A model generated the notes under the pieces. It saw only the letters and a program-made list of their open reading frames with translations. It did not search any database and was not told the DNA's origin. Below, piece by piece: positions 25,578 to 33,968 of a stretch of DNA of 64,000 nucleotides; the first letter of the stretch is position 1; each line of letters opens with the position of its first letter. Both the position numbers and the translations under genes were made by a program. The stretch is from the IMG/VR virus record IMGVR_UViG_3300042258_000341, positions 96,001 through 160,000 of that record; one strand, 5' to 3'. The stretch is from a virus (taxonomy: Duplodnaviria > Caudoviricetes).

Positions 25578-26869
25578 ACACATTCTTCTGTAAAATCTAT
25601 TTCCGAAATTAAACTCTTCAGGTCTTCTACAAAAGGATTCTCGTAAGACCCTTTGTAGGTATTGTCAAAACCTTTTACCATTTCACTCCCGGAGATAGTT
25701 AATTTTCTTTTCGACCGGGTAATTGCTACATAAAAAACACATCTACTTTCGAAATCGTAATAATCAAGTTGCCACAATCCCCGGGTTTTTGCGTAATAAA
25801 TGTAATTGTTTTCTTTTCCCTTGTAAGAATGAATTGTGTAAAAGCCTAAAGCGTCTCTATCCGCTTTTGCAACTTTCTTTTCTTTCATTTCTATATGGAC
25901 ATCCTGAGAGAGCTGTAGATTTTCGTAAATTTGTACAAATTGCTCCCAGTTCGATAATTTTTTAAATTCAGCATCTTCGCAAGAAACTTCGTAAAGAGTC
26001 GAAAGAGTATTAAAAACTTCGATCAACTGTTTTCTTTTCAAGAAAACTCCCACCCCTCCGAGAGTTGGAACATCTTCTTCGAAATAATAAAAATTATTCA
26101 AAAGCCGTAAAATAAGTCTATTTATCGAAGGGTAGTTAAGCTTTGTTTCTCTTTCTGCAAGAAGAGGTTTCAACACCCTTTCGATAAAAGAAAAAATACT
26201 GTCCCATTGCTTATAATTGCTGTTCGGGAGATTGCTTTTGTTTTTTACAGAAAAGAATTCCAACAGTGGGGTATTTTTATTTGTATAGGCTTTTTTTATC
26301 TTTTCGATAAATTTAACTCCTACGCCTTTTATCGGCTGGATTAATTCCCAGAAATTTAAAACATTTTCAGGATCAAGCATCATGGAATACAAAGAATACA
26401 GGTATTTAAACCCGGATTGAGCCATAATGGATTGATTGTCGAATTTAAAGTAATACGGGATGCCGAGAGAAACTACCCCGGATTCGAAACTCGATATCTC
26501 GTTGTTTGTTCGACAGAGGATGGAAAATTCCGAATACGGGATTCCTTCCACATCATGTTTGTACTTTATTTCCCTTAAAATATGCGTAATTTCTTCTTCC
26601 GGGGTTTCGAAATCCAGAATCGAAAGAGTTTCCGGCATATTTTTAAGATGTGGAACTGCCGGAGTGTAATCTATACCGTTTTCTTCAAATATCTTCCGAA
26701 ATGCATTTGCGATCAGAACCAACTGCCTCGGAGTTCGGTAGTTTTTAAGAATTGTGTGTTCTTTTACCCTTTCCGGAAAAAGATTCTTGAAGTTGGCAAA
26801 TAGAAAGGGTTTGCTTGCCCTCCACCCGTAGATACTTTGAGCAAGATCTCCAACCATTGTTACAGACAT
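25574..26869 (-). CDS. UvrD/PcrA helicase, C-terminal part (motifs III-VI)
   Basis: begins VGDLAQSIYGWR; NYRT, ILCRTN, TIHSYKGKE, FYVAITRSK. Confidence 0.9.
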   Translation of the reverse strand: MSVTMVGDLAQSIYGWRASKPFLFANFKNLFPERVKEHTILKNYRTPRQLVLIANAFRKIFEENGIDYTPAVPHLKNMPETLSILDFETPEEEITHILREIKYKHDVEGIPYSEFSILCRTNNEISSFESGVVSLGIPYYFKFDNQSIMAQSGFKYLYSLYSMMLDPENVLNFWELIQPIKGVGVKFIEKIKKAYTNKNTPLLEFFSVKNKSNLPNSNYKQWDSIFSFIERVLKPLLAERETKLNYPSINRLILRLLNNFYYFEEDVPTLGGVGVFLKRKQLIEVFNTLSTLYEVSCEDAEFKKLSNWEQFVQIYENLQLSQDVHIEMKEKKVAKADRDALGFYTIHSYKGKENNYIYYAKTRGLWQLDYYDFESRCVFYVAITRSKRKLTISGSEMVKGFDNTYKGSYENPFVEDLKSLISEIDFTEECV

Positions 26870-26872
26870 AAT

Positions 26873-27853
26873 TTATTCTTCCTTTTCACATTTTTTTTCT
26901 TTTAATTGAGATTCCGAAGCTCCACAAATCCTACATCCGGAAAGAGCCACATTTCCGTTTCGATCTTGAATTGCTGAAGGAATTCCTTTATCCCCGTCAA
27001 CAAACAAAACATGCCCGTTAACTTTTACCGGATTGTCTTGATAGCAAGACATCGGCTCTGCGTTTTCAAAAAACACTTTTACTCGATTTTCAACTTTATT
27101 CAACGGAGGTAGAGTTACTTTTTGGATTTCATTTCGAGTAAAAACAAAATCCGGGAATTGACGAGCATTGTGCTTTTCAGGGAGGGTTTTCAATTCATCT
27201 TCCGTTAATTTCTTGGAAACTGTCCTTCTCAAGAAGTAAGAACCTCTTTTGAAATCCGCCGGGTAATCATTCCAGTTTATATGTCTTTCTTGCCAAAGCA
27301 ATTCCTGCATTTCAGCTCCGGTTAGTTTATGCAATCTTTTGTGGGAAAAATAAACTCTTGCTGCAGAGGAAATGCTATTCTTTGTAGCATCCAGTTCTCT
27401 CCAGAGAATTGTATTTACCGCTTCTTCTTTTGTTGGAACATTCCATACCCGGCAATCAAAGAAACAGGTTTTATTTGCATAAAAAGGATAGAATTTTCTT
27501 AAGCCTTCCTGAAAGTAAAAAGTACACATAGAAGCTAAAACGGATGTTATTTTTTGAAGTTTCCCGTCGAAAAAGACCTGACTTGTTCGGTTGTCCGAAT
27601 ACAGGATCAAAGATATTTCATCTGATTGCGTATAGCCTACAAGAGCATTTGTTTCTTCAACCAGCTTCTTTGTCGTGTACTGCATAGTTTCCATAAGCCG
27701 AAGATCAAAAGGCTTTTCCATTTTCCGTGTGAATTTAGAAAAGTTCTTTCCATCCAGACGAATACAGATAGGGAGTAAAGGAAGAAGACGTTCTCCCGCC
27801 CATCTCTGTTCGTAATCTTTCATTCTATCTCCGAAACCGTCTTTACTTGTCAT
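26873..27853 (-). CDS. tRNA(His) guanylyltransferase Thg1-like protein
   Basis: RMKDYE, RLDGKNFSKFT, YTQSDEISL, FDGKLQKITS, FDCR, WRELDATKNS, KRG. Confidence 0.92.
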   Translation of the reverse strand: MTSKDGFGDRMKDYEQRWAGERLLPLLPICIRLDGKNFSKFTRKMEKPFDLRLMETMQYTTKKLVEETNALVGYTQSDEISLILYSDNRTSQVFFDGKLQKITSVLASMCTFYFQEGLRKFYPFYANKTCFFDCRVWNVPTKEEAVNTILWRELDATKNSISSAARVYFSHKRLHKLTGAEMQELLWQERHINWNDYPADFKRGSYFLRRTVSKKLTEDELKTLPEKHNARQFPDFVFTRNEIQKVTLPPLNKVENRVKVFFENAEPMSCYQDNPVKVNGHVLFVDGDKGIPSAIQDRNGNVALSGCRICGASESQLKEKKCEKEE

Positions 27854-27858
27854 TTATT

Positions 27859-29685
27859 TTATTTCCTTTCGAAGTCTTCGTAACTTTCCTTGTCGGAAAG
27901 AATACAAGTTAAAAATTGATTGCAAGAAGCGTCCTGACATTCATCTTGAATTATATGTTCTATCCGGGAATGTAGCTTATCTCTTAACTTCTTATGCTGT
28001 GTGATCAACATTAAGAATTGAAAATCCATATCACCGAAGTCCAGAACATTGTTGGAATATTTTTCGGTAAGGTATTTATTGACCGCTTCTTGCCATGTTT
28101 CAGGGTCGAGACCTGTAGTAAATAAATACTTGTCCAAAACTTCAAAGATATTCAATCTTAAATCTTTTTGCCCGGTAATTATTTTCATCAGCTTTGTGTG
28201 TGGCATTTTCCTTATAAAAGGATATGCCGGGTGAGTTTCTTTAAACTCTTTCCAAGAAACGACTTTTTCGAATTTCCCGGTTTCTGTAAATAAAGGAACC
28301 CCGGAATACAATATTTCCATGTTACTTTGCATGTTTTGAAAGACTTTGTATGTCTTCCCGGCAACTTCTTTCGTAAGTGGAATACCGACTCTTTTCATAT
28401 ACGGCTCGGTAAGACACTCTTTCCAGAGCTTATAAGATTGATATTCGGTAAGAATTGTTCTCGGGAACCCGAAACTTCTTCTTATTTGTGAAAGGCAGAA
28501 AGAGTGAATAGTTGAAATATGTGGGGTTGGAAAAGAAGTTCCTTCCGGGTATTGATCTTGAAAAAAAGAAATATATCTTTCTTTCATTTCATTTGCAGCT
28601 TTATTTGTAAAGGTAATCAATACAATTTTTTCAGGATCAATTTTGTCTTCGTAAACAAGTTTTATTGCCCGAGCGATGATGGTTTTTGTTTTTCCTGAAT
28701 TATGGACAATGATATTGTTTGCTGCAAAATTGTGGTGTGTCTCGCATTCAATATCATAAGTCTCTTCTTCCCCAAGATATTGTATTGATTTAAAGTTTGA
28801 ATATTCTGGCAAACCGTGTTTAAACCCTGCGTATCCTGAAGCATGGAGTTGATTGTGTTCGAGATAGGGCATAATCTGTAAATTTTCTAAAATGTTATTT
28901 AAGGGGTTTCCGTCAATATGGTGAACACAATATCTCTTATCCAGTACTTTTAATTTATTAGGTGAAAAAGTTCTCCTTATAAATTCATCTACAGAAATCC
29001 CGTTCATGTCAGCTTCAACTACTAAACGATGTTCCGGGGAACGATAGGTTAATTTACCTCTTTTTAAATTTCGGACTTTATTTGGATAATAAAACCCCAC
29101 AGGAGTATATTTGTAATATTTTTTAATAGGGGGTTGCCCCGAAGATGTTTTTTTATGCTTCGATAATGTGTCTATCATAACCTCATCAGATTTCTTTAAA
29201 AAACCCGCAGCAACCCATCCCCGTTTTGTTAAAAATTTATGATCTGCAGTGGCTTTTATTTCAAACCCATTTTGTAAAGTTACCCGGAAAACTTTTTTCA
29301 CCCCACTTTTGAAGACCGCTACAATTTTTTCCAACCGAATGACATCCCCACAAAAAGAACGAATTTTTGTAGGAATATTTAAATCCCATGATTGATCTCT
29401 GTAACTGCGTAGTCGGTTGAATTTTCGATATAGTTTTTCCAAAGATATCTTTTGACTTTTCCCTGCACGATTTATTCTTATTTCTGTGTCCCCCGTTAAA
29501 CAACCCGCACCTGCAGTACAAGATAAACTATCTGTTGGAGCAGCACCCACGACTTTTCTCTGATATTCATCTAATTCTGAAATCATTTTATTGTATTTTT
29601 CAGAAATATCGGGTTTAACGAATTTTTCATCTCGGGTAAGAACCATATCCCCGTTTGGTTGTGTTGAAAACAAAGATAACTGCAT
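27859..29685 (-). CDS. UvrD/PcrA helicase, N-terminal part (motifs I-II), with intein
   Basis: AGAG[intein]SGKT, ITFTNKAANEM, STIHSFC, LDFGD, QDECQD, then a stop. Confidence 0.9.
   Translation of the reverse strand: MQLSLFSTQPNGDMVLTRDEKFVKPDISEKYNKMISELDEYQRKVVGAAPTDSLSCTAGAGCLTGDTEIRINRAGKSQKISLEKLYRKFNRLRSYRDQSWDLNIPTKIRSFCGDVIRLEKIVAVFKSGVKKVFRVTLQNGFEIKATADHKFLTKRGWVAAGFLKKSDEVMIDTLSKHKKTSSGQPPIKKYYKYTPVGFYYPNKVRNLKRGKLTYRSPEHRLVVEADMNGISVDEFIRRTFSPNKLKVLDKRYCVHHIDGNPLNNILENLQIMPYLEHNQLHASGYAGFKHGLPEYSNFKSIQYLGEEETYDIECETHHNFAANNIIVHNSGKTKTIIARAIKLVYEDKIDPEKIVLITFTNKAANEMKERYISFFQDQYPEGTSFPTPHISTIHSFCLSQIRRSFGFPRTILTEYQSYKLWKECLTEPYMKRVGIPLTKEVAGKTYKVFQNMQSNMEILYSGVPLFTETGKFEKVVSWKEFKETHPAYPFIRKMPHTKLMKIITGQKDLRLNIFEVLDKYLFTTGLDPETWQEAVNKYLTEKYSNNVLDFGDMDFQFLMLITQHKKLRDKLHSRIEHIIQDECQDASCNQFLTCILSDKESYEDFERK
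28699..29502 (-). mobile_element. intein (268 aa) with HNH homing endonuclease, inserted in Walker A
   Basis: starts CLTGDT, block B ATADHKF, ends YDIE..NFAANNIIVHN/S; internal EHRLV..VHHIDGNPLNN..ENL..EH..H. Confidence 0.93.
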
Positions 29686-29891
29686 TTTCTTTTTCCTTAT
29701 ATTTCAATTGTTTTAAACTTCAAGAAACCGTTAGGGAGGTTTGCTGTAAGTTGATTGAAGCCTATCTGATAGGCTTCATCGTAAGAAGAAGCTTTTACAA
29801 TAATATGATTTATTTCCGGTTTTTTCGAGCCTTTTAAAAAGAAGGTCACAATACATGCAAATCTTTTCATTACTAAGCTCCTTTATTTTTG

Positions 29892-29914
29892 TCTTACTTA
29901 TATATAGTAAAAAA
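29892..29914 (-). promoter_or_regulatory. class I motif (copy 4)
   Basis: TTTTTTACTATATATAAGTAAGA, upstream of a small ORF and the UvrD-N gene. Confidence 0.7.
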
Positions 29915-29930
29915 TTGAAATTATTTTAAT

Positions 29931-29962
29931 AAAAAAAACCGGAATTTAATAAAAATTCCGGT
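29931..29962 (-). terminator. intrinsic terminator after sigma-like gene
   Basis: AACCGGAATTT/AAATTCCGGTT stem plus T-tract. Confidence 0.7.
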
Positions 29963-30011
29963 TAGGGAGAAAAATGAAAGTCCTACTGAACTTTACATCG
30001 AAACACCAAAA

Positions 30012-31385
30012 TTATTCTCTCCTGACAATAGAGAGAGCTATTAACTTTCCATCAGTCTCAATCAATTCATCTGCAGAAGTAATTTCTTGGAAATAACTTG
30101 TAATGTCTTCTTCTGCTTGAGAGGCGGATCTTTCAGGATCTTGAACTACTTTTTTTGTAAGTTCTTCGAAATCAGGCATAGGTCTTCTTTTTATTCTAAT
30201 TGTTTCTCCGACCGGAACTCTTTCTGCTGTTTTTTCACTTTCATCCGCAGCGGTATGTTCAACATCTTCCGAAGAATCTTCTTCAAAGATGTCGTAAATA
30301 GATTGTAAAAGTTGCCAATCAGAATCTTCTTCTGTGCCTTTTTTCCTTTGTTCTGCTGCAGAAATTGCCCCGACAAGGACAGGGTTGTCGGATTCTTCAG
30401 CATATTCTTTCAATAAAGAAATGATCTTTTTGATGGTTTGTGAGATATAAGCAGAAGAAACTCCTAAATCTTTTGCGATTTCGACTTTCTTAACTCTTTC
30501 GGGGAGGTATTTCAATACAGAAAGCATCATTTCAGCTCGTGGTTGAATTGAAACGTAATCTTTAAAATCTTCCCACATTTCGTTGGCTTCAACAATATCT
30601 GCAGGATTATTTTGCGGGGTTTCTGTTGTCAGCATATCCAATTCCGAATTAAGATTTTTGTTATATTCCTCGGTAAAAGGGGTAGGTTTTCTTTCGTATT
30701 TTGCGGAAGATTGAAATTTTCGAATCTCGTTTCGTAAGGCATTATGGAAACAACCCCAGATATAATTTTGAAAATTCCCTTTTTCGGAATTATATCTATC
30801 CAAAGTGTCTTTTTCCCAGAGAGTAATTAATGCATTAAAGAAAATATCTTCTTTATCTTCAATTGCCAATTGACCTTCGTAAGGGGTGAATGTTTTATAT
30901 GCTACAGTTCTGAAAATTTTATCAAAATCCATTTCACCGTGTTTCTCAACAAACTCCGGGTATTTATCCGCTCTTTTGAAAAGTTCAGCAACAAATTCAT
31001 TTATTGTTCCCGGAACAACAGTATTTGCTTTTTTTCCGGTTTTAGATTCTTTTATCCCGAAAGAATCATACAGCTCTTGTGAAGAAATGGAAATATCGAA
31101 AGGGTGTGGGGAAACAGAAGCTTCTTTTACTGAAGGACTCCAATCCAATTCGACAGGATCCCATTCAACAGGGGTCAGGGCTATTTTATATGTTTCCTGT
31201 TTGTCTTCCGAAGAAGCGACTTGTTTTGAAACCGACTGCACTTGATAGAAAGCGTTGTTAAGAGAATCATTTTGATTCGTTCTTAGCTTTTCATTCAAGA
31301 GCGGTAAGACCTGCCCCGTATATACCGGGCATTTAGCTTTGGATATTTTTAATTTAAACAGAGCGGGATTTAAGGAAGCTATCAT
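30012..31385 (-). CDS. sigma70-like factor with long N- and C-terminal extensions
   Basis: region 2-like EDIF..LW..RYNSEKGNFQNYIW..NALRNEIRK; region 4 HTH KVEIAKDLGVSSAYISQ. Confidence 0.75.
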   Translation of the reverse strand: MIASLNPALFKLKISKAKCPVYTGQVLPLLNEKLRTNQNDSLNNAFYQVQSVSKQVASSEDKQETYKIALTPVEWDPVELDWSPSVKEASVSPHPFDISISSQELYDSFGIKESKTGKKANTVVPGTINEFVAELFKRADKYPEFVEKHGEMDFDKIFRTVAYKTFTPYEGQLAIEDKEDIFFNALITLWEKDTLDRYNSEKGNFQNYIWGCFHNALRNEIRKFQSSAKYERKPTPFTEEYNKNLNSELDMLTTETPQNNPADIVEANEMWEDFKDYVSIQPRAEMMLSVLKYLPERVKKVEIAKDLGVSSAYISQTIKKIISLLKEYAEESDNPVLVGAISAAEQRKKGTEEDSDWQLLQSIYDIFEEDSSEDVEHTAADESEKTAERVPVGETIRIKRRPMPDFEELTKKVVQDPERSASQAEEDITSYFQEITSADELIETDGKLIALSIVRRE

Positions 31386-31436
31386 GTTTTAAATTTCCTT
31401 CGATATACGTTTTCTTTTGTAAAAACTATATCGAAA

Positions 31437-32150
31437 TTAACAGGAACACAAAGTGGAACCTTTCAGATAGTTGTGGATAATTCTTTTTATTTTATTCACC
31501 CACAAACACATTGTTGTGTTTGGCACCTCTAATCTTTCAGCCAGAGAAACATTTGTCTCCCCCGCTATTTTAGCTTGATAAATGTTCAAAATATTTTCTC
31601 GAAACATTTCATTTCCTATTTTGTCGATTCGAGAAACCGTCTGCAGATATGCAGGTAGTTCTTCCAGTTGAATCTTCAAAAGAACGTCTGTTTCTGTAGC
31701 AGGAATTACTTCTTCGAGCATTACCGGATTTATTCCGTTAACAACAATTGTGGAATTAAGGGATATGTTTTGTCGCTCTTCTCGCTGTTCTTGTCGGTGT
31801 TTAAGAACAATAAACTTCACTTGATTCAGAAACCATTTGTAATACGGGATATGCCCGTATCTTACAGAGTCATACAGTCCCCATCGAGGTTTACCTTTTG
31901 AGTTAGTTTCAAGCATGAAAAGACAGAAATTAGCATACAGCTCTTTTATTTCATGGGGTTTTACACCACGGGAAAGTAACGCAAATTTAATGTAAGGGAG
32001 CATTTGTTCCAGATACCATTTGATATTTTTAGGCATTTGTTGGAGAGGTTCTGGAAAAGGAGTTTCTTGTCTTTTAATCTTAACCCGAAAAGGAATAACA
32101 ACCTCTGCGAAACCGACACACACACCATTGAAAAATGCTTGCTGCTGCAT
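31437..32150 (-). CDS. divergent sigma70-like factor
   Basis: region 2-like YDSVR..PYYKWFLNQVK; region 4 HTH NVSLAERLEVPNTTMCLWVNKIK. Confidence 0.6.
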   Translation of the reverse strand: MQQQAFFNGVCVGFAEVVIPFRVKIKRQETPFPEPLQQMPKNIKWYLEQMLPYIKFALLSRGVKPHEIKELYANFCLFMLETNSKGKPRWGLYDSVRYGHIPYYKWFLNQVKFIVLKHRQEQREERQNISLNSTIVVNGINPVMLEEVIPATETDVLLKIQLEELPAYLQTVSRIDKIGNEMFRENILNIYQAKIAGETNVSLAERLEVPNTTMCLWVNKIKRIIHNYLKGSTLCSC

Positions 32151-32177
32151 TTGTTCAACCTCCTCTATGTTTTTTAT

Positions 32178-33968
32178 TTATGCGGAAAGAATCACCGCAA
32201 TTTTTTTCTCACCTTTTATATTCTTTATTGTAACATCAGAAATCTTTTTTGGGAAGAGGTATATTTCATCTTTTTCTTGAAAAGCCACTCGCCACCTCCC
32301 AGAACCATCGTCAGCACTGAGTTTTTGTAGTATATCTTCGGTCACATCTTCTGCTTTGAAAATAACGGTATTTGCTTGCGAAAGGTAATGTTGTTTCGGT
32401 AATATTGTGTTTAAAAGGTATATCTTAGCTGCGGGGTATTGTGTTGTTGACGTAAAAGAACGGGTGAGGTCATATTCTACATCCATCTCCAACAAAAAAT
32501 CAACCCCTAAAGATTTTATTATGTCTTTTATTTGTAGAACCTCATAAACAGAAGGGATGATTGAGTCAAAAAGTTTTTCTTGGATTAAGAAATCTATTTC
32601 ATCATGGATTGAAAGTAATTGAGCGCATCTCATATCTCGATATGAGATATTTGTTAAATTCCCCGAAGGCAGATATCCTGCAAGAGGGTTTAATTTTTGC
32701 TCAACAATGTAATCCTCAATTCGGATCATAGACATTTTAAGAGCTTCCGCCATACTTGACTGTATAGGGTGGTTATACCCGACACGAACAGCGTAACTTA
32801 CGTCTTGTCTTCGTTTCTTCTCCGTCTCCGCTTTGGAATTAACAAAACGAGAAAGATCCCAAATTCTTCCGAAGAAATTACGAGAAATTCCGGTATTTAA
32901 AATGTTTTGCTCTGTAAGGAGCATATGTCTTCGAGCTTTTGTGAGCAAGGCAAAAAAGTTATTTAATCTTTTTTGCGCTTCTACTTCATTGCACTTCATA
33001 TTTTTCATTAAAGTCCTCGCAGACGCTCCGTAGACTGCAGCAAGCCCACATATTTTGCTACAATTTCGGTATTCTTTAAGAATCTCGGATTGTGTTGAAT
33101 TGGGTAGTTCTCCGGGGGCTAATTTAGGGTATTCAGGATCATTAGAAAAGAAAGCTTTTGCATTAAGAGAGTGAAAGTCTCCCGGGACATTTTTTGTAAA
33201 TTCTTTTGCCACCCGGCAAGGAATCTTACAGTTTTCGCATTGTTTCGGAAAAGTAGCTTTATCCAATTCTCCTTGTAAGAAACAATAAATATGATCGTCT
33301 TGCAGATACAGGCAAGAAACATCTTGTTTATCGATGGGGGCGGTTAATTCTATTTCCCGGACAATTACTTTAGGGGTTCCTTCGTAAATCTTCAACCACT
33401 CAGGTTCTTGTGTAGCAATAGCACTCCCTCTTGGTTCGATTGCCGAAAAGTCGAAAGCCACCAACATATTTTCAGGGACATATTCTTCGTAAATGCTGAA
33501 ATATTTACAATATTCACTGTTCTCGAATTCAGATTTTGTTCCGTAAAAACGAAATTGCCCTTTCATTACTCGAAACGGTTTGTCCATATCCGATAAAATA
33601 AAATGTAAATTTCTTTCATCCTGAGAGAAATGATCGTAAGGAGTATTCCAAAGGCGCATAGGAACAATGTTTTCGTTTTCTTCTTCCGAGGGTTTAAATT
33701 CTATCCCCGGCAACAATTGTAAAACAAGGAAAGACTTTTCTTCGAACCCAATTGCTCTTCGTGCAGGGGGAATAACCGCCGTTGAAATAGTTTCTTCTTG
33801 AAATTCACAGCCGTTATTAACATACGGGCAACCCTCGCACCCATCTCGAACACAATAATGATTTCCCGAATACACAAGAAATTGTTGTGGGTTGCCTACA
33901 AGAAAATTCTTCAAGCCTTCGAATTTTGTTTTTATTTTTATTTCCGACATATTTTTATACCGCCGCAA
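32178..33968 (-). CDS. family A DNA polymerase, C-terminal (palm/fingers) subunit
   Basis: motif A FDFSAIEPR, DFH, motif B RNCSKICGLAAVYG, NHPIQS, motif C IHDEI; probable start at 33950. Confidence 0.9.
   Translation of the reverse strand: MRRYKNMSEIKIKTKFEGLKNFLVGNPQQFLVYSGNHYCVRDGCEGCPYVNNGCEFQEETISTAVIPPARRAIGFEEKSFLVLQLLPGIEFKPSEEENENIVPMRLWNTPYDHFSQDERNLHFILSDMDKPFRVMKGQFRFYGTKSEFENSEYCKYFSIYEEYVPENMLVAFDFSAIEPRGSAIATQEPEWLKIYEGTPKVIVREIELTAPIDKQDVSCLYLQDDHIYCFLQGELDKATFPKQCENCKIPCRVAKEFTKNVPGDFHSLNAKAFFSNDPEYPKLAPGELPNSTQSEILKEYRNCSKICGLAAVYGASARTLMKNMKCNEVEAQKRLNNFFALLTKARRHMLLTEQNILNTGISRNFFGRIWDLSRFVNSKAETEKKRRQDVSYAVRVGYNHPIQSSMAEALKMSMIRIEDYIVEQKLNPLAGYLPSGNLTNISYRDMRCAQLLSIHDEIDFLIQEKLFDSIIPSVYEVLQIKDIIKSLGVDFLLEMDVEYDLTRSFTSTTQYPAAKIYLLNTILPKQHYLSQANTVIFKAEDVTEDILQKLSADDGSGRWRVAFQEKDEIYLFPKKISDVTIKNIKGEKKIAVILSA

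Noticed and set aside
26870-27858. Self-splicing intron carrying Thg1 inside UvrD
   Set aside because: Only 3-5 nt of non-coding sequence flank Thg1, with no group I or II motifs.
33950-33968. Sequencing frameshift or programmed frameshift joining the PolA halves
   Set aside because: A clean stop is followed 4 nt later by an ATG, and both sides carry non-polymerase extensions; reads should still be checked.
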